IMG/VR virus record: IMGVR_UViG_3300028025_000091
Location: 96,001 to 160,000 of that record
Strand: one strand, 5' to 3'
Source of the DNA: a virus
Length of the DNA: 64,000 nucleotides
Shown: positions 19,999-29,000 of the stretch, in pieces
Layout of the letters: every line of letters starts with the position of its first letter
Position numbering within the stretch: position 1 is the first letter of the stretch
Translations under genes and position numbers: made by a program
The notes under the pieces: generated by a model
What the model was told of the DNA's origin: nothing
What the model saw: only the letters and a program-made list of their open reading frames with translations
Databases searched by the model: none

Positions 19999-20796
19999 AT
20001 GAAAAAAGTAAAAATTAGTCACGAGGTACCATTTTGCCTCTTAGAACAAAGTAGAAAATTTAACGACTACGATTATTGTTTACCCCACTTGATGGACGAA
20101 AATGAAGAATATCGCAACTTCTTCTACGAATCAAAGAAAATGGGTCGATATATTGTAATGGACAATTCACTCCATGAACTAGGTGAAGCATACAATACAG
20201 AACGTTTAATGCACTGGATTGGAGAAATCAAACCAAATGAATTCATAGTTCCAGATGTATGGGAGAACTATGCTGAGTCAGTTAGAAATGCAAAACAATG
20301 GGCTCAAGTAGAATTACCAGACGGAGTAACTAAAGTAGCAGTAGTACAAGCAAAATCAATGTATGAAGCAGGATTATGTGTTCAAGCATATCGTGATTTT
20401 GGATACAAGAAAATTGCATTTTCATATGGTGCAGAATACTACCACAGTGAAATGTGTCCACATCCAAACAAAGATTTAGGTAAAGCAATTGGTCGTTACA
20501 TGGTTTTATCAACTTTCCAAAACAATAAAACACTTTTGCCAAACGATAGAGTACATTTGCTTGGAACCGCATCCCCAATTGAATTTGGAATGTATAAAAA
20601 TATGCCATTTATTGAATCAATTGATACTTCAAATCCAATTATGGCAGCAATTGGTGAAATGCCTTATACAAAAATGGGGTTATATCAAAAACCACTTGCA
20701 AACATGAACAAATACCAAGATATAAGCATTGATTTTGTAAACGAAGATCTTATAGAATACAATGTTGAAATGTTTCGTACAATAAATGGACTCTAA
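19999..20796 (+). CDS. DpdA/TGT-like 7-deazaguanine DNA transglycosylase
   Basis: TGT-barrel-like motifs MDNSLHE, VPDV, VAVVQ, VHLLG, SIDTS; located beside queC/queD/queE. Confidence 0.65.
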   Translation: MKKVKISHEVPFCLLEQSRKFNDYDYCLPHLMDENEEYRNFFYESKKMGRYIVMDNSLHELGEAYNTERLMHWIGEIKPNEFIVPDVWENYAESVRNAKQWAQVELPDGVTKVAVVQAKSMYEAGLCVQAYRDFGYKKIAFSYGAEYYHSEMCPHPNKDLGKAIGRYMVLSTFQNNKTLLPNDRVHLLGTASPIEFGMYKNMPFIESIDTSNPIMAAIGEMPYTKMGLYQKPLANMNKYQDISIDFVNEDLIEYNVEMFRTINGL

Positions 20797-20827
20797 TTTG
20801 GAGTCCATATTTTATTTTAGTATATTT
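20797..20827 (+). promoter_or_regulatory. Class-1 promoter overlapping hairpin ATGGACTC-N7-GAGTCCAT (20786-20808)
   Basis: TTTGG at 20797, TATATT at 20821. Confidence 0.6.
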
Positions 20828-20843
20828 ATACAAACAATAAGTT

Positions 20844-21101
20844 ATGGAATATTTAAGTTTATATGATTACCTAAAAAGACCCGCAGGTGGTGAATTAGGT
20901 AGAGAAGTAGCACAAGCAGCTAGTAAAGCAGGTGTTAAATTAGAAACTCGAGAGGTTTCAACCCCAAATTATACAGGAATAGTATATTTGTATCCTAATG
21001 ATTTCTTAGATTTTTATTTTAGAGAACCTGATTCAAATCTAATGGATGAATTACCTGGAGAATTAAATTATAATATTGGAGACGACGATTTACCATTTTA
21101 A
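20844..21101 (+). CDS. Hypothetical protein
   Basis: 85 aa, SLYDYL start, acidic DDDLPF tail. Confidence 0.6.
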   Translation: MEYLSLYDYLKRPAGGELGREVAQAASKAGVKLETREVSTPNYTGIVYLYPNDFLDFYFREPDSNLMDELPGELNYNIGDDDLPF

Positions 21102-21110
21102 TAAAAAAAT

Positions 21111-21959
21111 ATGAAACACGTAGTAGTATCCTTATCTGGAGGGATGGATTCCTCCACATTGTTACTTCGTTGCTTGAAAGAGTACGATACCGTAACAGCA
21201 ATTTCATTTGACTATGGTCAAAAACATCGAGTTGAGCTTGAACGTGCTCAATCGTTGGTAGATTATATTAATCATATTAATTCTGCCTATTCATCAATTC
21301 GTTATCGTCAAATCCAATTAAATGGATTAGTTGATCTTTTAGATTCAGCTCTGGTAACAGGTGGAGATGATGTACCTGAAGGACATTATGCTGAAGAAAA
21401 CATGAAAGCAACAGTTGTTCCAAATAGAAACAAAATATTTGCTTCAATCGTACAAGCAGTTGCACTTTCAGTAGCAAATAAAACAGGAGAAAATTGTGAT
21501 ATTGCAATGGGAATCCATGCAGGTGATCATGCAATTTACCCTGATTGCCGACAAGAATTTAGAGATGCAGACGACCATGCTTTTAGAATGGGGAATTGGG
21601 ATGCAGAGCGAGTAGGTTACTTTACACCATACCTTGAAGGTGATAAATTTACCATCTTACAAGATGGAGAAGTATTATGTGGTGAATTAGGTTTAGACTT
21701 TAATGAAGTATATAAACGTACAAACACTTCATACAAACCAATTTTCCTTAATTTAGCATTTGTAAATAATGAAGATGAAATAGTTGATTGTTCAGATTGG
21801 TTCTCTGATTATAAATCAGCAAGTTCCGTGGAGCGAGTAGAGGCCTTTATTAAATTAGGAAGACCTGATCCCGCAGGATATGCAGATGAAGAAGGTCCTG
21901 TAAGTTGGGAACATGTAGTAACAGAAGTAACAAAAGTACTAGAAAACCATGAAGGATAG
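21111..21959 (+). CDS. queC: 7-cyano-7-deazaguanine synthase (variant lacking Zn cysteines)
   Basis: SLSGGMDS, FDYGQKH, VPNRN, YPDCR motifs. Confidence 0.9.
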   Translation: MKHVVVSLSGGMDSSTLLLRCLKEYDTVTAISFDYGQKHRVELERAQSLVDYINHINSAYSSIRYRQIQLNGLVDLLDSALVTGGDDVPEGHYAEENMKATVVPNRNKIFASIVQAVALSVANKTGENCDIAMGIHAGDHAIYPDCRQEFRDADDHAFRMGNWDAERVGYFTPYLEGDKFTILQDGEVLCGELGLDFNEVYKRTNTSYKPIFLNLAFVNNEDEIVDCSDWFSDYKSASSVERVEAFIKLGRPDPAGYADEEGPVSWEHVVTEVTKVLENHEG

Positions 21960-22128
21960 TTGTATTATAGACTGGGAATTATACCAAAAAGTTATGGCAA
22001 AGAAAAGAACAATTAAAGTATGTACCGGGATTGGATTGAATATGTTTTTTCCCGAATACATTACTATCGAATTAACCGATATAGATACAGAAATTAAAAC
22101 ACCTAAAAAAACAAAGAAAAATGGGTAG
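21949..22128 (+). CDS. Small hypothetical protein (59 aa, not in track)
   Basis: MKDSCIIDWELYQKVMAKKR...KKNG; overlaps queC stop and queD start. Confidence 0.45.
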   Translation: MKDSCIIDWELYQKVMAKKRTIKVCTGIGLNMFFPEYITIELTDIDTEIKTPKKTKKNG

Positions 22129-22606
22129 ATATATTAGCACAAAATTATTTGAAAATTATTCCGTTGCACTTAGACAATGGAGAGCATCTCACTCACATTG
22201 TGAATTGTTACATGGTTATGCTTTGAAATTCAAAGTATGGTTTGCTTCAAACGAACCGCTAGAGGAAAACCAATTAGATGACATGAACTGGATCGTTGAT
22301 TACGGTGGGTTCAAAGATGCACCTAAAGGTAATGGTTTGAAATCTTGGATGAATTATATGTGGGATCACACATTGTTGATCGAGAAGGACGATCCATACT
22401 TAGACTTTTTCGAATCGGCAGCAATGGAAGGTTTATGCGCACTTCGAGTAATGGACAAAATGGGCGCAGAATCATGTGCTAAATTAGTGTTTGATCATTT
22501 TAACGACGTTTTAGCCAAAACAGACGCCGGAAGATGCAAAGTAATTAAAGTAGAATGTTTCGAAAACGACAATAACTCTAGTATTTATGAAGAAACGGAA
22601 GCCTAA
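22121..22606 (+). CDS. queD: 6-carboxytetrahydropterin synthase
   Basis: HCELLHGY, WIVDYG, WDHTLL, GAES motifs. Confidence 0.85.
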   Translation: MGRYISTKLFENYSVALRQWRASHSHCELLHGYALKFKVWFASNEPLEENQLDDMNWIVDYGGFKDAPKGNGLKSWMNYMWDHTLLIEKDDPYLDFFESAAMEGLCALRVMDKMGAESCAKLVFDHFNDVLAKTDAGRCKVIKVECFENDNNSSIYEETEA

Positions 22607-22718
22607 ACAACTTAAACCTGTTCCTCCAATTACAATAGGACCATTTAGTCCTAGAGTAGCAAAAATTCTTACAGATGCTGATAAAGAATATCAAAAAAAT
22701 AGAAAAGATGAACAATAG
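22587..22718 (+). CDS. Small basic hypothetical protein (43 aa, not in track)
   Basis: MKKRKPKQLKPVPPITIGPFSPRVAKILTDADKEYQKNRKDEQ, overlapping queD stop. Confidence 0.4.
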   Translation: MKKRKPKQLKPVPPITIGPFSPRVAKILTDADKEYQKNRKDEQ

Positions 22719-22802
22719 CTATTACACAACAACCACCACTTTTGGTGACATTAAATTCACTTATATATTTTAACAAAATAGCGACTTTGGTGCGTTTTTA
22801 CC

Positions 22803-22812
22803 ATATGTATAA
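22803..22812 (+). promoter_or_regulatory. Class-2 (putative late) promoter motif
   Basis: ATATGTATAA just upstream of endonuclease ATG. Confidence 0.5.
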
Positions 22813-22814
22813 TC

Positions 22815-23396
22815 ATGGAACGCACCAAAATTTACTATCTACATTACGGAAATAATGTACCAATTTATGTAGGAAAATCTAATAGAATCCAAGGTAGAAT
22901 ATCTAATCATAGAAAAAATTTCGGAAAAGATATTATAGCTGAAGTGTTAGATGATGTACCTTTACATGAATGGAAGTTTTGGGAGTGTTTTTGGATAGAA
23001 CAATTTAAACAATGGGGGTATGTTCTTTCAAACAAAAACAATGGTGGTGGAGGAGCTACTAAACAAAATTTTTCCCCTATTAGAAGTCAAAAAATAAGTA
23101 AAGCTAGACTAGGTAAACCTATGCCCCATAAAGGAAAAAAATTCACAGAAGAGCATAAAGAGAAAATTAAATCTACTCGAGGTTTTCTCCAATCCCGCCC
23201 AAATACTTGGACAAATCAACCAGTTCTTCAATATAATTTAGATGGAACTTTTATAAGGGAATTTGGTTCCCAATTAGAAGCTTCGTATTTTTTACAGGTA
23301 AAAGGAGATGGAGTTGGAGCCTGTTGTAGAGGTAAACAAAAATCTGCTTATGGTTACATATGGAAATTTAAAAATATAAAACAACAAGAACAATGA
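22815..23396 (+). CDS. Free-standing GIY-YIG homing endonuclease with NUMOD3/NUMOD1-like DNA-binding motifs
   Basis: KIYYL...IYVGKS..R...H; KGKKFTEEHKEKI; PVLQYNLDGTFIREF...CCRGKQKSAYGYIWKF. Confidence 0.85.
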   Translation: MERTKIYYLHYGNNVPIYVGKSNRIQGRISNHRKNFGKDIIAEVLDDVPLHEWKFWECFWIEQFKQWGYVLSNKNNGGGGATKQNFSPIRSQKISKARLGKPMPHKGKKFTEEHKEKIKSTRGFLQSRPNTWTNQPVLQYNLDGTFIREFGSQLEASYFLQVKGDGVGACCRGKQKSAYGYIWKFKNIKQQEQ

Positions 23397-23596
23397 AGAC
23401 AAAATTTTTACAAAGTGTAGAGAGATACACAAACACGAAAGGAAAAACAGGTTACAAAGCTATTTATAGCAATGGAATTGATTTTCAAACATTATTCTTC
23501 CCAATTAGAAATGGAGTAGATGTTATTAATATTCCTTCAATTATTAACTCAGTTCAAACAATAGATGATTTAGAAGCTATTGGAGCAGAACTTTAA
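23393..23596 (+). CDS. Small hypothetical protein (cassette)
   Basis: 67 aa between junction repeats. Confidence 0.6.
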   Translation: MKTKFLQSVERYTNTKGKTGYKAIYSNGIDFQTLFFPIRNGVDVINIPSIINSVQTIDDLEAIGAEL

Positions 23597-23608
23597 AAAA
23601 CAAGAACA

Positions 23609-23836
23609 ATGAAAGAGAAACAATTAACAGCAGTAGAACAAGCAGCAGTTGCTTTAAGATTATGGTCAAATGCTTGGAGGGAATTTGATAAGACAGGTAA
23701 AAATAAACCTGAATCATTTGAAAAAGTAATTGAACCGTTTATTAAAATGGAGAAGGAGTCACTCCAGGAATCCTATGTTAATGGATATGCAAAAACCAAA
23801 AAGATGCTTATACAATTTAAACAACAAGAACAATGA
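23609..23836 (+). CDS. Small hypothetical protein (cassette)
   Basis: 75 aa; TAVE...MEKE motifs; ends KQQEQ. Confidence 0.6.
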   Translation: MKEKQLTAVEQAAVALRLWSNAWREFDKTGKNKPESFEKVIEPFIKMEKESLQESYVNGYAKTKKMLIQFKQQEQ

Positions 23837-24081
23837 AAGAAATCCTTTATTTCTCAGCCAGCTGGTGTATGCCTTGTAAACGCTTCAAACCAGTTATGGA
23901 ACAGGTAGGACAAAGTATACCTGTACGATTTGTAAATGTAGATGAAGACCCTCAATTGTCTTCCCAATACAATATCAGAAGCGTACCTACATTGGTATTT
24001 TTAAAAGACGGACAAGAAGCAGACAAATCAATCGGAGTTTTAACGGAATCACAAGTAAAAGAAAAATGGAATCTACTTTAG
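23833..24081 (+). CDS. Thioredoxin
   Basis: FSASWCMPCK, IRSVPT. Confidence 0.9.
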   Translation: MKEILYFSASWCMPCKRFKPVMEQVGQSIPVRFVNVDEDPQLSSQYNIRSVPTLVFLKDGQEADKSIGVLTESQVKEKWNLL

Positions 24082-24848
24082 GAAGAATAGAAGATTATAA
24101 CAAAACGTTACCTATTATAGAATTGTATCGTTGCGTTCAAAGCGAGGGATCTCGTTTTGGACGCCCAACGATTGCAGTTCGCACAACAGGTTGTACTCAC
24201 CGTTGCTACTTTGGTGAAGGGGGTTGGTGTGATTCTTGGTACACAAGCATCCACCCCGAGAAAGGAACATTCAACTTTAACGATATTATTCGTATTTATG
24301 ATGAAAACCCACATATCAAAGAAATGATGCTAACGGGTGGTTCACCTACTATGCATCCTAAATTGGTTAATGAATTAACACATTTTGCACATGAAAGAGG
24401 TATTCTCATTACTATTGAAACCGAAGGTTCTCATTTCCTCGCTACTGACTATCCTATATCTCTTATTAGTCTCAGTCCTAAGTTTAGCAATAGTGTTCCC
24501 GTTGTGGGTGTTGCCACGCCGAATGGTTCTATTACGGATGAGAAGATGGTTACCCAACATAACAAACATCGATTAAAATTAGATACAATCAAACAAACAC
24601 TGGAATACCACTCAGATTATCACTATAAACCAGTTTGGGATGGTACAGAAGAAAATCTAAATGAAATTGAAACATTCCGCTTAGCATTAGATATCCCTAA
24701 AGACAAAACCTATATCATGCCCGCTGGCGATACAAGAGAAGAATTAATTAAAATGTATCCACTTGTATTTGATATGTGTGCTGAAAAAGGATACAACATG
24801 ACAGGAAGAGATCATATTATTGCATTTGACACTAAAAGAGGAGTATAA
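24066..24848 (+). CDS. queE: 7-carboxy-7-deazaguanine synthase (radical SAM)
   Basis: VQSEG..GRP..VRTTGC...C...WCDS, LTGGSP, ITIETEG, SLSPK. Confidence 0.9.
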   Translation: MESTLGRIEDYNKTLPIIELYRCVQSEGSRFGRPTIAVRTTGCTHRCYFGEGGWCDSWYTSIHPEKGTFNFNDIIRIYDENPHIKEMMLTGGSPTMHPKLVNELTHFAHERGILITIETEGSHFLATDYPISLISLSPKFSNSVPVVGVATPNGSITDEKMVTQHNKHRLKLDTIKQTLEYHSDYHYKPVWDGTEENLNEIETFRLALDIPKDKTYIMPAGDTREELIKMYPLVFDMCAEKGYNMTGRDHIIAFDTKRGV

Positions 24849-25045
24849 TGAAAAGAGAAACACCAATGAAAAGACCAAAACGTAAAGAAAAACACCTCCA
24901 TATGGTTACTTGGGATGGTACACGTTATGAATCAATTAACATGCCTGATTATTTAGCAGATGACTATGTTAGAGAGTTTGATTTAGTACATACCCCAAAA
25001 ACTATTGAATTAAAGGAATGGATTAATAAAAAAACCAGGAAGTAG
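24848..25045 (+). CDS. Hypothetical protein
   Basis: 65-aa coupled ORF. Confidence 0.5.
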   Translation: MKRETPMKRPKRKEKHLHMVTWDGTRYESINMPDYLADDYVREFDLVHTPKTIELKEWINKKTRK

Positions 25046-25067
25046 ATAATTATCCGTTAGGTATCTG

Positions 25068-25077
25068 ATATGTATAA
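25068..25077 (+). promoter_or_regulatory. Class-2 (putative late) promoter motif
   Basis: ATATGTATAA upstream of 25087. Confidence 0.5.
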
Positions 25078-25086
25078 TAAAAACAG

Positions 25087-26058
25087 ATGCCTACATATCC
25101 TTTTTTAACCCGAGCGTATGGACCTAATGCAAAAGGATCTACACTAACATGGGAAGATTTAGATAATAGTTTATTATTCCTCTCAGAATCTATCAATGAA
25201 CTTAATTTTGAACCATTATCAGGTTCAAATTATCTTTTTGTAGAAGCAAATAGTACACCAACTCAAAATGGTTTATCACTATCTGCTTCTTACGCTCAAG
25301 CAAAAGCTAGTTCCCCATCAGCTACAAATAGAATTTCTATTTTAGTTAGTCCTGGTGAATATACTTTTGCCTCTACTTTTACTTTAAATACTCAATATAT
25401 TGATGTAGTATCTCTTACAGGTGAATGTGATGTATTAGTAACTGGTAGTGGTACTATTCAAATCGGTGCAAACGATGTTTATGTAAGAGGTATTGATGTT
25501 GATGTTAAAAACTTTACTATAACAGCAAGTTTACCTTTACTTAAAGTAAAAAATTGTAAAGGTGGAGATTTCAGTTTTGGAGGCTATCCAGACCCAACAA
25601 CAGGAGGTACTCCTTCTCCTGGATACACTGTTGTAGGAACATTTATAGACTGTGAAGGTGGGAATATTAGCTTTGCCGGTAATGGATCAGCATATGGTAC
25701 TTTTATAAATTGTACTGCAGGTAGTGGTTCATTTGGTAATTATTGTGATGGTACATTTATAGATTGTATTGCTGGTGATTCTAGTTTCGCTACTCTTGGA
25801 GATATTGAAGGAGGAACTTTAGAAAATTGTGTTGGTGGGGCAGATAGTTTTGCCTCTGTTGGAAATATATCTGAATCTATTCTTAGAAACTGTACAGGTG
25901 GACAAAATAGTTTTGCTTTCAACACCAATATTTCCGGAATATTACAAGATTGCAGATTAACAAATGGAAGTTTTTCCTCAACTGGTACAAATATTGCCCC
26001 TGGAGGTCAATTAATTACATGCATTAACTCAGATAACACTCCTATAACATACCCATAA
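25087..26058 (+). CDS. Virion/fibre-type protein with beta-helix-like GTFxxCxxGxxSF repeats
   Basis: N-terminal KGSTLTWEDLDNS motif; ~7 periodic Cys-containing repeats. Confidence 0.55.
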   Translation: MPTYPFLTRAYGPNAKGSTLTWEDLDNSLLFLSESINELNFEPLSGSNYLFVEANSTPTQNGLSLSASYAQAKASSPSATNRISILVSPGEYTFASTFTLNTQYIDVVSLTGECDVLVTGSGTIQIGANDVYVRGIDVDVKNFTITASLPLLKVKNCKGGDFSFGGYPDPTTGGTPSPGYTVVGTFIDCEGGNISFAGNGSAYGTFINCTAGSGSFGNYCDGTFIDCIAGDSSFATLGDIEGGTLENCVGGADSFASVGNISESILRNCTGGQNSFAFNTNISGILQDCRLTNGSFSSTGTNIAPGGQLITCINSDNTPITYP

Positions 26059-26071
26059 TTTAAATAAGAAT

Positions 26072-29000
26072 ATGACAACTTATTCATTTATACAATACGA
26101 TGTTTTAAACAATTTGATGTCCTTTAAAGGAACACCAACCCCAGGTTTAAAGACACTTATTAAAAACAATAATTCTAATATTTCTTCTATTAGAGATATT
26201 TTACAAAATGACCAATATGCAGGCGATACTGTAGTCCCAACAGCAGCATCTTCAGCAATAATTAGTTTTTTAGGGGCTACTCCTGAAATTAATTTAGCTA
26301 ATTCAAAAACAATTATTTTAACTATTGAAATCATTGATGATACATCAATAGGAAATACAGTTATAGTTTCTAAAAACTTAGACGGAACTAAAACAGTTGT
26401 TACTAAAGGAGGATTATCATTAGCTATTGAAAACATCAAACCATCTAAAAAATGGGATACGATGGGCAAATGTGATAACTGTCTTAAATTTGCATTTAGT
26501 TCATCAAACGCATATAATTTTACAGGAAATTTAGGAGGTGCATGGAACGGTACATTTAAAAATGGACAAAAAGTTTATGAATTTTATATACCAAACTATT
26601 CATCTCCTGTAGGATTTGGATCTACTGAATTATATAGAATATATTGGAAACCTAACATCACATATTCGGGTATTAATTACAATGGTACTCCATTTACTAT
26701 TACTAATAAACATAAGTGGATAGCTACTCCTGCATCTACAATGGATGTACTTAATGATAATACATTTTTCCACGTTTTAGATAATTTTGATGCTCCTTGT
26801 CCGTATGCTTTAGCTCCTTCATGGTATAATTTCTTTGGAAAGGAAGGATTTTTCCTATTAAATTCTGTTCCACAAACAACTCAAACAAAACCTTGCCCTA
26901 ATTTTATCCCAACCCCAGGAACAGTAAATTGGGGATACAATTGTGGAACAAATGGTTGTGTATCCTCCCCTTCAGGATCAATAGGTGAATTTGCTACTCT
27001 AGCGGCATGTCAAGTAAGTTGTAGTTTACCTACTCCTCCAGCAAGTAGCAGCAATGGATATAACTGTATTGATGGAGATTGTGTTGAAAGTCAAATTTCA
27101 GGAACATTTCAATATACTACTTTAGCTCAATGTGAAGCAAGTTGTAGTGCTCCTTCCCCTGTAACAAGTAGCTGGTATGCTTGTACTCAAAATGGATGTG
27201 TTCAAGTACCATCTGGTTCAGCAGGAGCATTCGTAACTCAAGCAGAATGTGAATCTATTTGTAATATCCCAGTAGGTGGAACTCCAACAACATGTAGTTG
27301 TGATCCTGATTTAAGTCCTGTTATAAACCCAAGTTTTTTCTTAGGATCAACAGGATGGACATTTTCACCATCTGCTTTCACCCCAGGAATTGGTAGTTGG
27401 GATTTTTCACAAGGATATGCTCAAGCTGAGACTGGTGTTACTATGAGTGCACAAAATACTTCAAGTGTATCTTTAACTCAAGCTAACTTGTTTACACTTT
27501 CATGTTCATATGACGTATGTTTCCAAGCATGGACTGGAAATCCTACAAATAATGCCTTAATTACTATTGATACAGGAAATTATACTACTAATTTACCTCA
27601 AGGAACTAGTCCTTTAACAACTGTACCAACAGCATATTCATTTACTATAAACAATATTGAAACTAATGATCTAACTTTATTCTTTGGATTAGATATTACT
27701 GGCTCAAGTGCAAGAATAAATGTAGATAATGTTTGTGTAACTTTAATTGGATGTCCTCCACCTCCACCACCACCATCTGAAGGTACAGGATCAGTAATTC
27801 CACCTGAAGATTGTTACATTACTGGATCTATATATTCTTATGTATCTGCTTCTTATGATTGTTTATGCCCTGAAGGATATGTATCTGATGGAAGTGGAAG
27901 TTGTATTAATAATACCCCAACAATTGTACTTGCTAATTCAGGTCTTTATACTCCATCAAGTATATCCCAATCAAATATAGGTTGGCCTCAAGGTAATGGT
28001 AATATAATACCTGGTTTTTCAATTAACCAACCAAGTACATTATATGCAATTGACCCAACTAATGTTGCAGGATATATCCCGGCAATGGTTGGTATGGCTC
28101 AACCTATATTATTTTACAGTTGGAGTTTTAATGGTGCTGGTTACTCATCAACAAATAACACATCTTCATTTTCTGGAAGTTCTTTAGTGTATAATACTCA
28201 ATATACTTTTGATATATTAAAAAATAATTTCTGGTACCAACCAGATTTAGGTCAAAACTGGACTGCAAGATGGGTTGCTCAACTAGCAAGACAAACAACA
28301 ATTGGAACACCAAGTAATGGGTTTCCTTCAAATGATAGATGGACAGGAATGGGTACTACTATAAGTGCATCCTCCGCAAAGACATATTATATCGGGATTA
28401 TAGGTCAAGGAGCCATGAAAATTAAATTGGATGGTAACACAATACTTTGCACATCCCCTTCAGTAACAAATACTCCTTTATACAACCAAGCTACTTATCC
28501 AGCATATGCCCAAAACGGCTATGCAAGATACCCAAATTATCCTTATGGTCTTTATAATTGGGGGGTATTACCATCACCACTATTTGGTTTTAATAATACT
28601 CTTACTAGTTCGATCTCAAGTTCTTATTTTGACTTTTATTTTCAAAATGCTGGTCCTGAATATGCTTTTGTTGATCCACCAAACACATTTGCAGGAAATG
28701 GTAAATTCCTTTCAGCATATAATTTATACCTTTACCCAGTAACTATGTCTGCGGGATGTCATCAAATTAATATTGAAGCTAATCCTGATAATTTTAAATA
28801 TTGTATATCTTATCAAGGTTTCTTAGGTGGAATTATTTTAGATAATACAGCAGAACAATTAGTTAGTGCTAGTAATTATAACGATTTAAATATTGTTTGG
28901 GATTCAACATATTTAGACCCAATTACTTCTTCATTTCTAGGATATAGTAATAATAATGCAATTACTGAAAGTTATTACCTTTACACATATGATGTAACCA

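Larger units (their letters stand above)
23379..23836 (+). repeat. Junction repeat array 1: three copies of AAAmAACAAGAACAATGA
   Basis: Copies at 23379-23396, 23595-23612, 23819-23836; each contains the ATG of the next gene. Confidence 0.9.

Noticed and set aside
22778-22785. ATAGCGAC complementary to the GTCGCTAT loop at 49696
   Set aside because: An 8-mer match is expected about once by chance in a window this size
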